Source: an uncultured Bifidobacteriaceae bacterium
GTDB lineage: Bacteria > Acidobacteriota > Vicinamibacteria > Vicinamibacterales > UBA2999
Length of the DNA stretch: 53,714 nucleotides
Direction: 5' to 3'
NCBI GenBank assembly: GCA_964574545.1
Contig: CAZNOC010000003.1
Coordinates: forward strand, 1-53,714
This document shows, in pieces, positions 8,710 to 18,578 of the stretch. The notes beneath the pieces are model-generated. The model was not told the DNA's origin, made no database searches, and saw only the letters and a program-made list of their open reading frames with translations. The position numbers were made by a program, and so were the translations under genes. The stretch's first letter is position 1, and each line of letters begins with the position of its first letter.

Positions 8710-8790
8710 CCGCCCACCGTCGGTGGCTGCGATTGAGTCGCCGCGAGGCGAACTGCGCTGACAGGCCTGCGGTCTAAGGCGCAACCTCGC

Positions 8791-10818
8791 TTAGGGAGTG
8801 AGTCGAGCGACCTGCACTCTGGCGTCGTTGAAGCAGGCGCCGCCCCCGAGATCTGTCAGCGTGTCCGGGACCAGGGCATTTGAAGTCCATCCCAGAGGCA
8901 CGCTGCGGCGCCACACCCCTTTCGGATAGGACACCGTGCCCGGCCGCACGTGCGTTGTCACGTGCGCCGGGCACGTCATCTCTCCGAGGGCGTTGAAGAC
9001 GCGCACCTCGTCGCCGTCCCGCACGCCGCGCGTCGCGGCATCGTCCGGATGCATGTCCAGCGTCGCCGTCGGCCGGGGCAACTCCCCGAGCGTTGAGCTG
9101 ATCGTGCGGTCGCTCGCCGGCGAAATCAGCGACAGGGGGTACTCGCGTGTCGCGGGGTCCGGCCGGAACGTGTACAGCCCGAGCGGAGCCTCCTGCTCGA
9201 GCGCTTCGTCGAAGAGATGTACCTTGCCATCAGACGTCCGCGGGAAGACGTCTACGAACTGAATTGGCCGCGCCCCGCCAGGGGGGATGGGCATGGTGCC
9301 GCTGCGCAACGCGTCGGCCGCCTCCGTAGGCAGTCCACTCATCACGGCCAGCATCGCGTCCAGCTCCCCCTGGGGATCGTCGTCCCTGTCCAGGCCGGTT
9401 CGGCGCAGGAGGTCCGCGAAAACGTCGGCATTGGCCCGGGCCTCACCGACCTGGTCGATGACGGGCCGTCCCAGTTGCAGGGTGATCGGCCCGTAGCCCC
9501 GTACGAAGTCGTAGCCTTCCAGAAACGTCGTCGCCGGCAGCACGACGTCCGCGTACACCGCCGTGTCGGTCATCACCTGCTCGAACACCACTGTGAACAG
9601 GTCCTCGCGTTCGAGGCCCTTGATCACCCTCGCCTGGTCGGGAAGCGTGACGGCCGGATTGCAGTTGTAGACGAACAGCACGTCGATCGGAGCGCCCTCG
9701 GGTTCGGTCAGCGCGCGGCCCACGCGATTGATGTTCACGACTCGCGTCGCCGGCTCCTGATCCCGAATCCACGTCTTCTCGATGCCCCACGACGCCGTGT
9801 TGCTCATCGAGTATCCGCCTCCGCGAATCCCGAACTTGCCGCCGACGGCCGGCAGCGCGAGCACGGCCAGCGCGGCGTTGCCTCCATTCCGGTTGCGTTC
9901 CAGGCCCCAGCCGCACTTCACCAGAGCCGGACTGGCGCCGGCGTACATCTCCGCAAACGTCGTCACCTGGTCTACCGTGAGACCGGTGACCTCGGCCGTC
10001 CGCACCGGCGTCCACGGCTCCGCGCGTTCTCGCAGTTGCTCCCATCCGGTCGTGTGCTCGGCCAGGAAGCCGAGGTCCGCTGTACCGCTGTGGAAGAGAT
10101 GCCGGTGCACGGCCATGGCCAGAGCGACATCGCTGCCCGGTCGCGGCGCCAGGTGCAGATCGGCCTGGCGCGCAAGCGGCGTGGTGCGGGGGTCGATGAC
10201 GACGATGGTGGTGCCCCTGGTGCGGGCATCCTTCAGGTACGGCATCAGGTGAATGCCGGACACCCCGGGGTTCACCCCCCAGAGCACGATCAGCCTGGCT
10301 TCTGGATAGTCCTGATACGTCGTCGAGGCCATCTTGCCGTAGGCCGCCTGGTTGGCGGCACCGGTGGGCGCGGCGCAGAGCGTCCGTGCGAGGCGGGATG
10401 CACCCAGCCGCCGGAACAGGGCCGCGTCGGTCGTGTCCTGAGTGAGCAGGCCGTTCGATCCCCCGTAGCAGAGCGGAAGGACCGACGCGCCGCCGGTACG
10501 CTGGTGCGCATCGACGAGCCTGTCGGCCACGAGCGACAACGCTTCCTCCCAGTTCACCCGCTCGAAGCGGCCCTCACCCTTGGCGCCTCGTCGCACCGCG
10601 GGGTAAAGCAGGCGGTCGTCGCCGTAGACGCGCTGATGAAATCTCCGAACCTTCGCGCAGATGTAGCCGTTGGTCACCTCGTTGCTGCGGGCGCCGTCGA
10701 TGGTCGTAATCCTCCCGCCGCGCACCGTCACCGACAGCGTGCAGGCGTCGGGGCAGTCAAGGGGGCAGGCAGTTTCGACGGTGGACTCGGTGGGCGCGAT
10801 ACCGGGGCGGACAGCCAT
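8791..10818 (-). CDS. Molybdopterin-dependent oxidoreductase (DMSO reductase family, 4Fe-4S)
   Basis: CPLDCPDAC...ICAK, RLLYP, WGxNP, TDTAxYADVVLPA, C-terminal molybdopterin dinucleotide-binding domain. Confidence 0.9.
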   Translation of the reverse strand: MAVRPGIAPTESTVETACPLDCPDACTLSVTVRGGRITTIDGARSNEVTNGYICAKVRRFHQRVYGDDRLLYPAVRRGAKGEGRFERVNWEEALSLVADRLVDAHQRTGGASVLPLCYGGSNGLLTQDTTDAALFRRLGASRLARTLCAAPTGAANQAAYGKMASTTYQDYPEARLIVLWGVNPGVSGIHLMPYLKDARTRGTTIVVIDPRTTPLARQADLHLAPRPGSDVALAMAVHRHLFHSGTADLGFLAEHTTGWEQLRERAEPWTPVRTAEVTGLTVDQVTTFAEMYAGASPALVKCGWGLERNRNGGNAALAVLALPAVGGKFGIRGGGYSMSNTASWGIEKTWIRDQEPATRVVNINRVGRALTEPEGAPIDVLFVYNCNPAVTLPDQARVIKGLEREDLFTVVFEQVMTDTAVYADVVLPATTFLEGYDFVRGYGPITLQLGRPVIDQVGEARANADVFADLLRRTGLDRDDDPQGELDAMLAVMSGLPTEAADALRSGTMPIPPGGARPIQFVDVFPRTSDGKVHLFDEALEQEAPLGLYTFRPDPATREYPLSLISPASDRTISSTLGELPRPTATLDMHPDDAATRGVRDGDEVRVFNALGEMTCPAHVTTHVRPGTVSYPKGVWRRSVPLGWTSNALVPDTLTDLGGGACFNDARVQVARLTP

Positions 10819-10854
10819 CAGTGGATTCTAGGGGAGGCGGGCCGGCGAGGACAA

Positions 10855-10915
10855 CCATCTCGCGATCTGGTGATGTGTTGATGTGGTGATCGGATCTGGC
10901 GATGCTCCGATCTTC
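10855..10915. repeat. Degenerate 8-bp repeat (GATSTGGY-like)
   Basis: gatctggt gatgtgtt gatgtggt gatcg gatctggc. Confidence 0.5.
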
Positions 10916-10978
10916 GCTGGGCGGGGACGAATCTATCTCTCTATCTCCCGGGGTGACGCGACGATGCATCACCCGGCG

Positions 10979-11398
10979 TCAGCCGGGCAACGCCCAGTCC
11001 TCCCACGCCAGATCATCCACACGTCCGAACTCACGCGAGTTGGCTGTGACGAGCGTCAACCCACGCCGGACGGCCTGCCCCGCAATCAGCGCGTCGTAGG
11101 CCCCGATGGGCGTGCCCGACCGTTCGAGCAACGCCCTCACCTCTCCCCCCGCGCGCGCATCAGCATCGTCAAACGCGAGCACCTCGACGGGACCCGACAG
11201 GAACGTCTGGACTCGCGCGGTGTTCTGCTCGCGCCGTTCGCTCTTCGCGACTCCGTACCAGAGCTCGTGCAGGACCACGGTGGACACGCACACGACACCA
11301 CCGTTCCCGAGAGCGCGCTGGAAGCGGGCACGTACGGGTACCGACGTACCGTTGATAAGCGCGATGCACGCGTTCGTGTCGAGCGAGTACTCGATCAC
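10979..11398 (-). CDS. vapC: VapC PIN-domain toxin
   Basis: LDTN, ELWYG, PIGAYDALIAG, LVTAN.REF motifs. Confidence 0.93.
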   Translation of the reverse strand: MIEYSLDTNACIALINGTSVPVRARFQRALGNGGVVCVSTVVLHELWYGVAKSERREQNTARVQTFLSGPVEVLAFDDADARAGGEVRALLERSGTPIGAYDALIAGQAVRRGLTLVTANSREFGRVDDLAWEDWALPG

Positions 11399-11634
11399 GA
11401 GAAGTCGTCGCGCAAGGGCGCCACGGGCTGGCGGCGTCCCTCAGGCATGAACGGCTCGGCCGCAAAGCGGTCGAGCTCCGCAAACCACTCCGTGACGTCC
11501 GACACGACAGGTTCGAGCAGGACCCCGCGGCCGTGGCGGGACACCCGCACCTCTGTGCCGGGGAAGCGAAACTCCATCGGCAAGCGCACGGCCTGGCTGC
11601 GTCCGTTCACGAACAGTTTGGCGAGTTTGCTCAT
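11395..11634 (-). CDS. vapB: VapB antitoxin (AbrB/SpoVT fold)
   Basis: AKLFxNGRSQAVRLPxEFRF; 4-bp overlap with vapC. Confidence 0.93.
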   Translation of the reverse strand: MSKLAKLFVNGRSQAVRLPMEFRFPGTEVRVSRHGRGVLLEPVVSDVTEWFAELDRFAAEPFMPEGRRQPVAPLRDDFS

Positions 11635-11647
11635 CGTGTTTCCCTCA

Positions 11648-11676
11648 CTTGATATATATCAACAATATATACCAAG
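11648..11676. promoter_or_regulatory. Palindromic operator upstream of vapBC
   Basis: Perfect 14-bp palindrome TTGATATATATCAA (11649-11662) within the larger IR CTTGATATATA-N7-TATATACCAAG. Confidence 0.7.
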
Positions 11677-11721
11677 AGAAGGCCCAGAGCAAGGGAACTG
11701 TGGAGAACGGGCCCAACAGTC

Positions 11722-12975
11722 CTACGGACGGCGGGTGCGAACGGCCGTGCCGTCCTCGATCTCCCGCAGCGCCTGGAATGGCCCTGCTACGACCGGCGTG
11801 TCCGCATCGATACCCGTGACCTCGACGTCGAGCCCGCCGATAATCCCCATCGTCACTGGCGTGAACCGCGCGATGTCGTCGCGCACGACGAACACGCCCG
11901 TGAGCGTGGCGGTGCCGTCTGGCGCGGCACGTTCGACGACGGCCTGGAGGGGTACGACCAGGGGGCGGGTGCGTTCGGCGACCAGTATCTCGGCGTCGCA
12001 GGTGAGTCCCGGCCGGAGCGAAGCCGTGTCGCCTTCGAGCTGCACCTTCACGCGAAACTCGCGCGCTGCCGCCTGCTGGCCCAACTGCGGCAGGGCGCTC
12101 GCGCCGATTTCCACCACTCGGCCGCTGAAGCGTTCTCCCGGCAACGCTTCGAGCATCACGGTCGCGGGCTGGTCGAGGGCCAGGCGCAACACGTCGGCCT
12201 CGGCGACCTTCACCTCCGCGATGATGGCGCTCAGATCCGAGACCGTCATCAGAGTGGTGCCTGGCTGATTCTGGACCCCGATGACCACCATTTCGCCCTC
12301 TTCCACCTCGAGGCGTGTGACGATGCCGGCGACTGGTGAGGTGATGGCGGTCTTGTCGAGGCTGTCGCGCGCCCGTGCTTCGTCCGCGCGTGCCTGAGCC
12401 ACGCGGCGCGTGGCGGCCTCGCGAGCTTGTTCGGCGCGCCGAACGGCGGACGTCGCCGAGACGGCCTGGGCGGCCGCCGTGTCGGCGCCGGCCAACGCCG
12501 CGTCGAGTTCGGCCTGGGCGATGAGGCCGCTGGCGCGGAGGTCGCGTGCGCGGGCCAGCACACGGTCGGCCTCGGCCGCCCGGGCTTGTGCGGCCTCGAG
12601 ATCCGCCTGCGCGGTTCTGACCTGATCGGCCGCGCCACGCGCCTCTGCCTCGAGCGCTTGACGTCCTGATGAAGCCGCCTCGGCGGCGCTGGCCGCCTGG
12701 ACGGGGTCGATGCGCGCCAGCACCTGGCCGGCCTCGACGCGGTCGCCCTCCCGGACCTGCAACTCGACGAGCCGCCCCATCACGTTGGAACCGATATTGG
12801 CGTAGCGCTGAGCCACGATTTCGCCCGAGGCGGTCACGTACGACGCGAGCGTCTCGACCTGGCGGACGGTGGCGACGTCCACCTCGCGCGCCTCCGGGCC
12901 CCGGCGTGCCATCACGACGCCCAGGACCACGACCAGGGTGGCGATCAACGGAAGGAGCAGGCGGCGCACTCTCAT
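11722..12975 (-). CDS. Efflux periplasmic adaptor subunit (MacA/HlyD family)
   Basis: N-terminal TM, VREGDRVEAGQVL lipoyl half-motifs, Ala-rich coiled coil, SPVAGIV, LRPGLT. Confidence 0.9.
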   Translation of the reverse strand: MRVRRLLLPLIATLVVVLGVVMARRGPEAREVDVATVRQVETLASYVTASGEIVAQRYANIGSNVMGRLVELQVREGDRVEAGQVLARIDPVQAASAAEAASSGRQALEAEARGAADQVRTAQADLEAAQARAAEADRVLARARDLRASGLIAQAELDAALAGADTAAAQAVSATSAVRRAEQAREAATRRVAQARADEARARDSLDKTAITSPVAGIVTRLEVEEGEMVVIGVQNQPGTTLMTVSDLSAIIAEVKVAEADVLRLALDQPATVMLEALPGERFSGRVVEIGASALPQLGQQAAAREFRVKVQLEGDTASLRPGLTCDAEILVAERTRPLVVPLQAVVERAAPDGTATLTGVFVVRDDIARFTPVTMGIIGGLDVEVTGIDADTPVVAGPFQALREIEDGTAVRTRRP

Positions 12976-13074
12976 ATGACTAAACTTACCCTTGGACGCC
13001 ACATGCGGCCGAAGGATTCGCGGGTCTTGCGAATTCCGGGGGCCTCCGAGCGGAATCTGTTGTCAAAGCGTTCA

Positions 13075-14307
13075 ATGAGAGTCGTGGTCGAGGCGTTCGC
13101 CCAGGCGTTCGCGGCGCTGCGCGCGCGCCCGTTGCGAGCCTCGCTCGGTGGCCTGGCCATTGCCGTTGCCGTTGCGACGATCGTGTTCGTGGTGACGGCC
13201 CTGGATGGCGTGGCGGCCGGCGCCCGCCTGGCGACGGCCCGCGCGTTCGGATCGGACACGTTCCTGATCGCACAGGTCGCGTCCCCCGGCCGGGTCAGCC
13301 GCCGCGAACTCGAGCAGCAGCGCCTTCGCAACCCGCCGATTCAGCGGTCCGACGTGCGCTTCCTTGAGCGCTGGGCGGACGGCCTCGTCCTGTACGCCCC
13401 TAACGCCCAGACCAGCGCGGACCTTGTCGCGGGCGCGCGACGGTTCGAGAACGCCGCCATCACCGGCACCACCGCAGCGCTCGCCGACCTGCGCGACCTC
13501 GCGATCGGACGAGGGCGTTTCTTCACCGACCGCGAGTCGGACGCTGGCGCGGCCGTGGCCGTGATCGGCACCGACGTCGCCGACACCCTGTTCCCCGGCA
13601 AGGATCCGCTCGGGCAGACGCTCCGCATGGCCGGCCGGCGTTTCGAGGTGATCGGGGTGCAGGACCGCCTGGGCAGCTCCGGTGGCACGTCGCTCGACCG
13701 CTACGCCTGGATCCCGCTCGTGGCGTTCGAGCGCGCGTTCGGAGCGCCGCGCAGCGTGCAGATCTTCGCGAAGGCCGCTCCAGGGTTGCCGTCTGTCACG
13801 GGCGAGGATCGGGCGCGGATCAGCTTGCGCGCCCGCCGCACCCTCGCGCCGGGCGTCACCGACAACTTCGATGTGTTGACGCCGGACGCGGCGCGCACCT
13901 TCGTGCAGTCGCTGTCCGAACGGATCGGTGCTGCCGCCGGGCCCATCTCGGTGATGGCACTGCTGGCGGCGATCGTCGTCGTCACCAACACCGTCCTCGT
14001 GTCGGTCACCGAGCGCACGCGCGAGATCGGCGTCCGGAGGGCGCTTGGTGCCCGCCGCCGCCAGATCATGGCCGAGGTCCTGGCCGAGGCCCTGCTCATG
14101 GCCCTGATTGGCGGCGCCATCGGCGCGGCTGCTGCGTCCGGCCTGCTCGCCCTGCTGGCCGGGCTGCTCGACGTGCCGCTCGCCGTCGAGCCCGCCACCG
14201 TCGTCTTCGCCCTTTCGGCCTCGGGTCTGAGCGGCTTGATTGCCGGCTGGTATCCCGCCCGCCGCGCGACGCGCATCGACGTGATCGCCGCGATCAGGAG
14301 CGAGTAG
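13075..14307 (+). CDS. MacB/FtsX-family ABC transporter permease
   Basis: GRFFT, VTERTREIGVRRALGA, PARRA motifs; start inferred at ATG 13075. Confidence 0.9.
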   Translation: MRVVVEAFAQAFAALRARPLRASLGGLAIAVAVATIVFVVTALDGVAAGARLATARAFGSDTFLIAQVASPGRVSRRELEQQRLRNPPIQRSDVRFLERWADGLVLYAPNAQTSADLVAGARRFENAAITGTTAALADLRDLAIGRGRFFTDRESDAGAAVAVIGTDVADTLFPGKDPLGQTLRMAGRRFEVIGVQDRLGSSGGTSLDRYAWIPLVAFERAFGAPRSVQIFAKAAPGLPSVTGEDRARISLRARRTLAPGVTDNFDVLTPDAARTFVQSLSERIGAAAGPISVMALLAAIVVVTNTVLVSVTERTREIGVRRALGARRRQIMAEVLAEALLMALIGGAIGAAAASGLLALLAGLLDVPLAVEPATVVFALSASGLSGLIAGWYPARRATRIDVIAAIRSE

Positions 14308-14311
14308 GCGC

Positions 14312-15628
14312 ATGGCGGTCACGATCGAATCGGGAAGCGCGAACGACCGCCGGCGGACTCGCCCGTCCCGTCAGCCCCTGGGCGCCGCCCTGTCCGGCGC
14401 GGCGAGCCTGGCCGTGGACTCCCTTCGGGCGCAGCCGTCGCGATCCGCTCTCGCCGTGGCGGGCATCGTCATCGGGATCGTCACGGTGGTGCTGGTGGCG
14501 TCCGTGCTGGTCGGCTTGCGGAACAGCGTCGCACAGCTCTTCCGGGAACTCGGGACCGAGAACATCTTCGCGTTTCATCGTGGTGGCGACCCGTACTCAC
14601 CGCCCTCGGAAGCCGAGGCACGGCGTCGGACGCTGTCGCCATCGCTCGTGGCGACACTCGAGCAGCTGGGGCCGTCGATCCGTGAAGTGGGCGTGCAGGT
14701 GCTGGTGCCCGCGGTCACGGCCACGCGCACCATCACCGCCCGCGCCGGGGTGAACGAATCCGACACGGTGATCATCGAGGGCGTCTCGCCGAACTTCCAC
14801 GAGATCACCGGCGCCGAGTTCGCAAGCGGCCGTCCATTCACGGAACTCGAGAGCCGTGTGGCGGCGCCAGTCGCCGTCATCGGCGCCAACATCGCGCGCG
14901 CCCTCTTCGGCACCGCGGACGCCGTCGGACAGTCGCTTCTGCTCGGCGGCGATCGCTACTTCGTCGTCGGCGAGCTGGCGCCGCGCCGTGGCACGTTCTT
15001 CGGGGAGAACCGCAACGACAACGTGGTATCGATTCCCGCCGGCACGGCGCGACGAAGGTTCCCCGATGCCGAGCAGACCGTTCTGTACATCCGCGCGATG
15101 CCTGGCGCACGCGACCAGGCGCGGATCGAAGCCGAGACGATCCTTCGACTTGCACGCGGCGTACCGCTCGGAGCCCCCAGCGACTTCACGCTGTCGACGG
15201 CGGACCAGATCATCGCGCAATTCGATCGGATCGGGGCGCAGATCTTCTTCGCCACCGTGGCGCTCGCAGCCGTGAGCCTGCTCATCGGCGGCATCGGCAT
15301 CGCCAACGTGATGATTATCAGCGTGACGGAGCGCACCCGCGAGATCGGCGTGCGCCTCGCGATCGGCGCGCGCCGCCCGGAGGTGCTCCGGCAGTTTCTG
15401 CTGGAAGCGGCGTTGCTCTCGGGGCTCGGGGGCGTGGCCGGCGTCGTGGTCGCCACGCTGCTCGGACTCTTGGCCACGGCCCTGGCTCCCGGTTTCCCGG
15501 CCGTCCCTCCGCTCTGGGCCGTGGCGAGCGGCCTTGGCACGTCGGTGCTCGTGGGCGTGGTGGCGGGCTACTGGCCGGCCCGCCGCGCGGCGGGCCTTGA
15601 CCCCGTCGAGGCGCTCCGCTACGAATAG
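14312..15628 (+). CDS. MacB/FtsX-family ABC transporter permease
   Basis: [43 protein letters not shown]. Confidence 0.92.
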   Translation: MAVTIESGSANDRRRTRPSRQPLGAALSGAASLAVDSLRAQPSRSALAVAGIVIGIVTVVLVASVLVGLRNSVAQLFRELGTENIFAFHRGGDPYSPPSEAEARRRTLSPSLVATLEQLGPSIREVGVQVLVPAVTATRTITARAGVNESDTVIIEGVSPNFHEITGAEFASGRPFTELESRVAAPVAVIGANIARALFGTADAVGQSLLLGGDRYFVVGELAPRRGTFFGENRNDNVVSIPAGTARRRFPDAEQTVLYIRAMPGARDQARIEAETILRLARGVPLGAPSDFTLSTADQIIAQFDRIGAQIFFATVALAAVSLLIGGIGIANVMIISVTERTREIGVRLAIGARRPEVLRQFLLEAALLSGLGGVAGVVVATLLGLLATALAPGFPAVPPLWAVASGLGTSVLVGVVAGYWPARRAAGLDPVEALRYE

Positions 15629-15631
15629 GGA

Positions 15632-16927
15632 GTGCCCGGCGCCGACCACAGCCTTCCTCACGTCGTGATCGTCGGCGGCGGGTTCGGGGGCCTCTTCGCC
15701 GCCCGTGCCCTGCGCAGGACGCCTGTCCGCGTCACCCTGATCGATCGCCAGAACCACCACCTCTTCCAGCCCCTGCTCTACCAGGTGGCCACCGCCGTGC
15801 TCTCCCCCGGAGACATCGCCGCGCCGATCCGCTGGGTGCTGCGAGGCCAGCGACACCTGCGTGTCCTGATGGGCGAAGTGACCTCGATCGACACGAGCGC
15901 GCGACGTGTGGTGCTCGAGAATGGCGACGAGGTGGAGTACGACTTCCTGATCGTTGCGGCCGGCGCCACGCATGCGTACTTTGGACAGGACGCGTGGGCG
16001 AGCTTCGCGCCCGGCTTGAAGACGCTCGATGACGCGCTCGACCTCCGGCGGCGGGTGCTCGTCGCCTTCGAACGGGCCGAGCGCGAACCCGATCCGGCGC
16101 GTCAGCGCAGGTGGCTCACGTTCGCGATCGTCGGCGGCGGGCCGACGGGCGTGGAGTTGGCGGGCAGCCTCGCCGAGATCGCGCGGCACACCCTCCGCCG
16201 CGAGTACGCGGCCGTTGATCCGCGGTCGTCGCGCGTCATGCTGATTGAGGCCGGGCCGAGCATCCTCTCCTCCTTTCCCGCGCCCCTGCGCGAGCGGGCC
16301 AGGCGATCGCTGCGCGAGTTGGGGGTCGAGGTCCGTGAAGGCGAGGCCGTCACCGACATCGGTGACGGCTTCGTCAGGATCGGCCCGGATCTGGTGGCGG
16401 CGCAGACAGTCATCTGGGCCGCCGGGGTGGCCGCCTCGCCCCTCGGTCGTTCGCTCGACGTGCCGCTCGATCGCGCGGGCCGGGTGATCGTCGAACCCGA
16501 TCTGTCCATCCCGGGCCGTCCGGAGGTGTTCGTCGTGGGAGACCTCGCCTCCTTCACGCACCAGACCACGGCACCTCTGCCGGGAGTGGCGCAGGTGGCG
16601 ATGCAGGGCGCGGCATCGGCGGCCGTCAACATCCGCCGGCGGCTGGCAGGACAGCCATCGGTGCCGTTCCGGTATCGCGACTACGGCAACATGGCGACGA
16701 TTGGCCGCGCGTCGGCGGTGGCCGACTTCGGATGGGCGCGCCTGTCAGGATATCCCGCCTGGTTGATGTGGCTGTTCATCCACCTGGTCTGGCTGGTGGG
16801 CTTCAGGAGCCGAGTGTCCGTCCTGCTGCAGTGGGCGGTCTCGTACGTGTCCTACCAGCGGAGCGTCCGGCTGATCACGGGGCGGCCGGCTTCGGTCCCC
16901 CGTCGAGAGCAGGCCCTTCCGGACTAG
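15632..16927 (+). CDS. ndh: Type II NADH dehydrogenase (FAD-dependent)
   Basis: GGGFGG, FQPLLYQVAT, GGGPTGVE, WAAGV, GD, AQVAMQ motifs. Confidence 0.9.
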   Translation: MPGADHSLPHVVIVGGGFGGLFAARALRRTPVRVTLIDRQNHHLFQPLLYQVATAVLSPGDIAAPIRWVLRGQRHLRVLMGEVTSIDTSARRVVLENGDEVEYDFLIVAAGATHAYFGQDAWASFAPGLKTLDDALDLRRRVLVAFERAEREPDPARQRRWLTFAIVGGGPTGVELAGSLAEIARHTLRREYAAVDPRSSRVMLIEAGPSILSSFPAPLRERARRSLRELGVEVREGEAVTDIGDGFVRIGPDLVAAQTVIWAAGVAASPLGRSLDVPLDRAGRVIVEPDLSIPGRPEVFVVGDLASFTHQTTAPLPGVAQVAMQGAASAAVNIRRRLAGQPSVPFRYRDYGNMATIGRASAVADFGWARLSGYPAWLMWLFIHLVWLVGFRSRVSVLLQWAVSYVSYQRSVRLITGRPASVPRREQALPD

Positions 16928-16928
16928 A

Positions 16929-18578
16929 CTAACGCCGCACCGGCGACACGACCTGCCCCGACAGGACATGGGTGAACCGGCCGCCGTCACGCGCGAGCAC
17001 GCCGTTCACGAGCACGTGCACCATGCCCTCCGCGAGCTGGTGCGGATCCTGGTAGGTGGCCGCGTCACGGACGGCCGCAGGGTCGAAGACGAGCAGGTCG
17101 GCGTAGGCGCCTTCGCGAATCGTGCCGCGGTCTTTAAGGCCGAAGACCGAGGCAGGGAGGCTCGTCATGGACCGGATGGCGAAGGGCAGGTCGACGACAC
17201 CCCTCTCATGCACATACACCCGCAGCTTGCGCGGGAAGGCACCGTATGCGCGCGGGTGCGGCTTCCCCTGGCCCAGCGGGACCAGGTCTCCGTCCGTGCA
17301 CGTCATCGTCCACGGCCGGCGCATCAACAGCTCGATGTCGCGCTCCGACATGTTGAACGAGACGAGGCTCGTCTCCGATCGCTCGAGCAGATCGAGCGCC
17401 GTCACCTCAGGCGCCGTTCCGGCCGCCTCCGACAGGTCGGCGAGCGTCCGGCCCTCGATCGACGGATCCGGCGCGAACCGGCCGACCATCAGCGTGTCGG
17501 GGCCGCCGCGCCGGGCGATGTTCGTCCGTACTTCGTCCAGCAGCCGTGCCCGATCGTTGCCGCGGATCCGTGCCAGCAGGGCGTCGCGCCCTCCGACCTG
17601 TGCCCAGCGGGGGATGAGCGCGCCCGTGATGCCCGTTCCGCTCGCGCTGTAGGGATACTGATCGGCGAAGACCTCGACGCCCCTGGCGCGCGCCGCCTCG
17701 ATCCGCTCGATGATGGCCATTGACAGGCCCCAGTTGGCCGGCCCCAGTGCCTTCACGTGCGAGACGACGCCGACGAGGCCCGCCTGCTCGGCGATGTCGA
17801 TGACTTCCTGCACGGCGGCGACGACCCCGATGGTGTAGTCGCCCTCGTCACGGATGTGGCTCGAGTACACGCCGCCGTACTGCGCTGCGATCCGCGCCAT
17901 CGCCACGACTTCGTCGGTCTTCGAGTAGCTCCCCGGCGCATAGTAGAGGCCGCTCGACAGGCCGAGGGCGCCCGCCTTCATGCCCTCGTTCACCATGTTC
18001 ACCATCTCGGCGAGCGCTTCCGAGTCTGGCTCGGCGTCGGACATCCCCATCACGGCGGCGCGAATCGTCCCATGCGGCACGAACATCCCGACGTTCACGC
18101 CGATGCCGTGCTCCTCGTAGGTGGCCCGCTGGCCGGCGATCGTGACGGGTCCGCCGCCGTCCGGATTGACGAACGCGGTCGTGATCCCTTGTGCGAGAAG
18201 CGGTTCCGCATGCCGCAGGTCGTCCAGCAGCCCCGGACCCGCGTGCGAGTGCACGTCGATGAACCCCGGCGTGACGTAGAGGCCAGACGCGTCGATCACC
18301 CGCGATGCCGTTGCGCCGTCGAGGCGCCCCACCGCACGAATTCGGTCGGAGACGATGCCGATGTCGAGCCGTTGCCATGGGTTGCCGGTGCCATCGAGCA
18401 CGCGGCCCTCGCGGATCAGGATGTCGTAGTGCGCCGCTTGACCTTGACTCTGGTGCTCAGGTGCCGCGACATGCCCCGGAGGATCAGACTTCACGGGGAC
18501 GGCCAGCATCAGCAGGATGAGCCCGCAGAGGATCGCTTTCGCTGTCACATGCCCCTCGATTCTGGCTGCTCTCATCAT
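16929..18578 (-). CDS. N-acyl-D-amino-acid deacylase (amidohydrolase) with signal peptide
   Basis: PGFIDVHSH, SSGLYY, SHIRDE, DQYPY, HPRAYG, ADLLVFDP; start uncertain (18578 or GTG 18548). Confidence 0.88.
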   Translation of the reverse strand: MMRAARIEGHVTAKAILCGLILLMLAVPVKSDPPGHVAAPEHQSQGQAAHYDILIREGRVLDGTGNPWQRLDIGIVSDRIRAVGRLDGATASRVIDASGLYVTPGFIDVHSHAGPGLLDDLRHAEPLLAQGITTAFVNPDGGGPVTIAGQRATYEEHGIGVNVGMFVPHGTIRAAVMGMSDAEPDSEALAEMVNMVNEGMKAGALGLSSGLYYAPGSYSKTDEVVAMARIAAQYGGVYSSHIRDEGDYTIGVVAAVQEVIDIAEQAGLVGVVSHVKALGPANWGLSMAIIERIEAARARGVEVFADQYPYSASGTGITGALIPRWAQVGGRDALLARIRGNDRARLLDEVRTNIARRGGPDTLMVGRFAPDPSIEGRTLADLSEAAGTAPEVTALDLLERSETSLVSFNMSERDIELLMRRPWTMTCTDGDLVPLGQGKPHPRAYGAFPRKLRVYVHERGVVDLPFAIRSMTSLPASVFGLKDRGTIREGAYADLLVFDPAAVRDAATYQDPHQLAEGMVHVLVNGVLARDGGRFTHVLSGQVVSPVRR

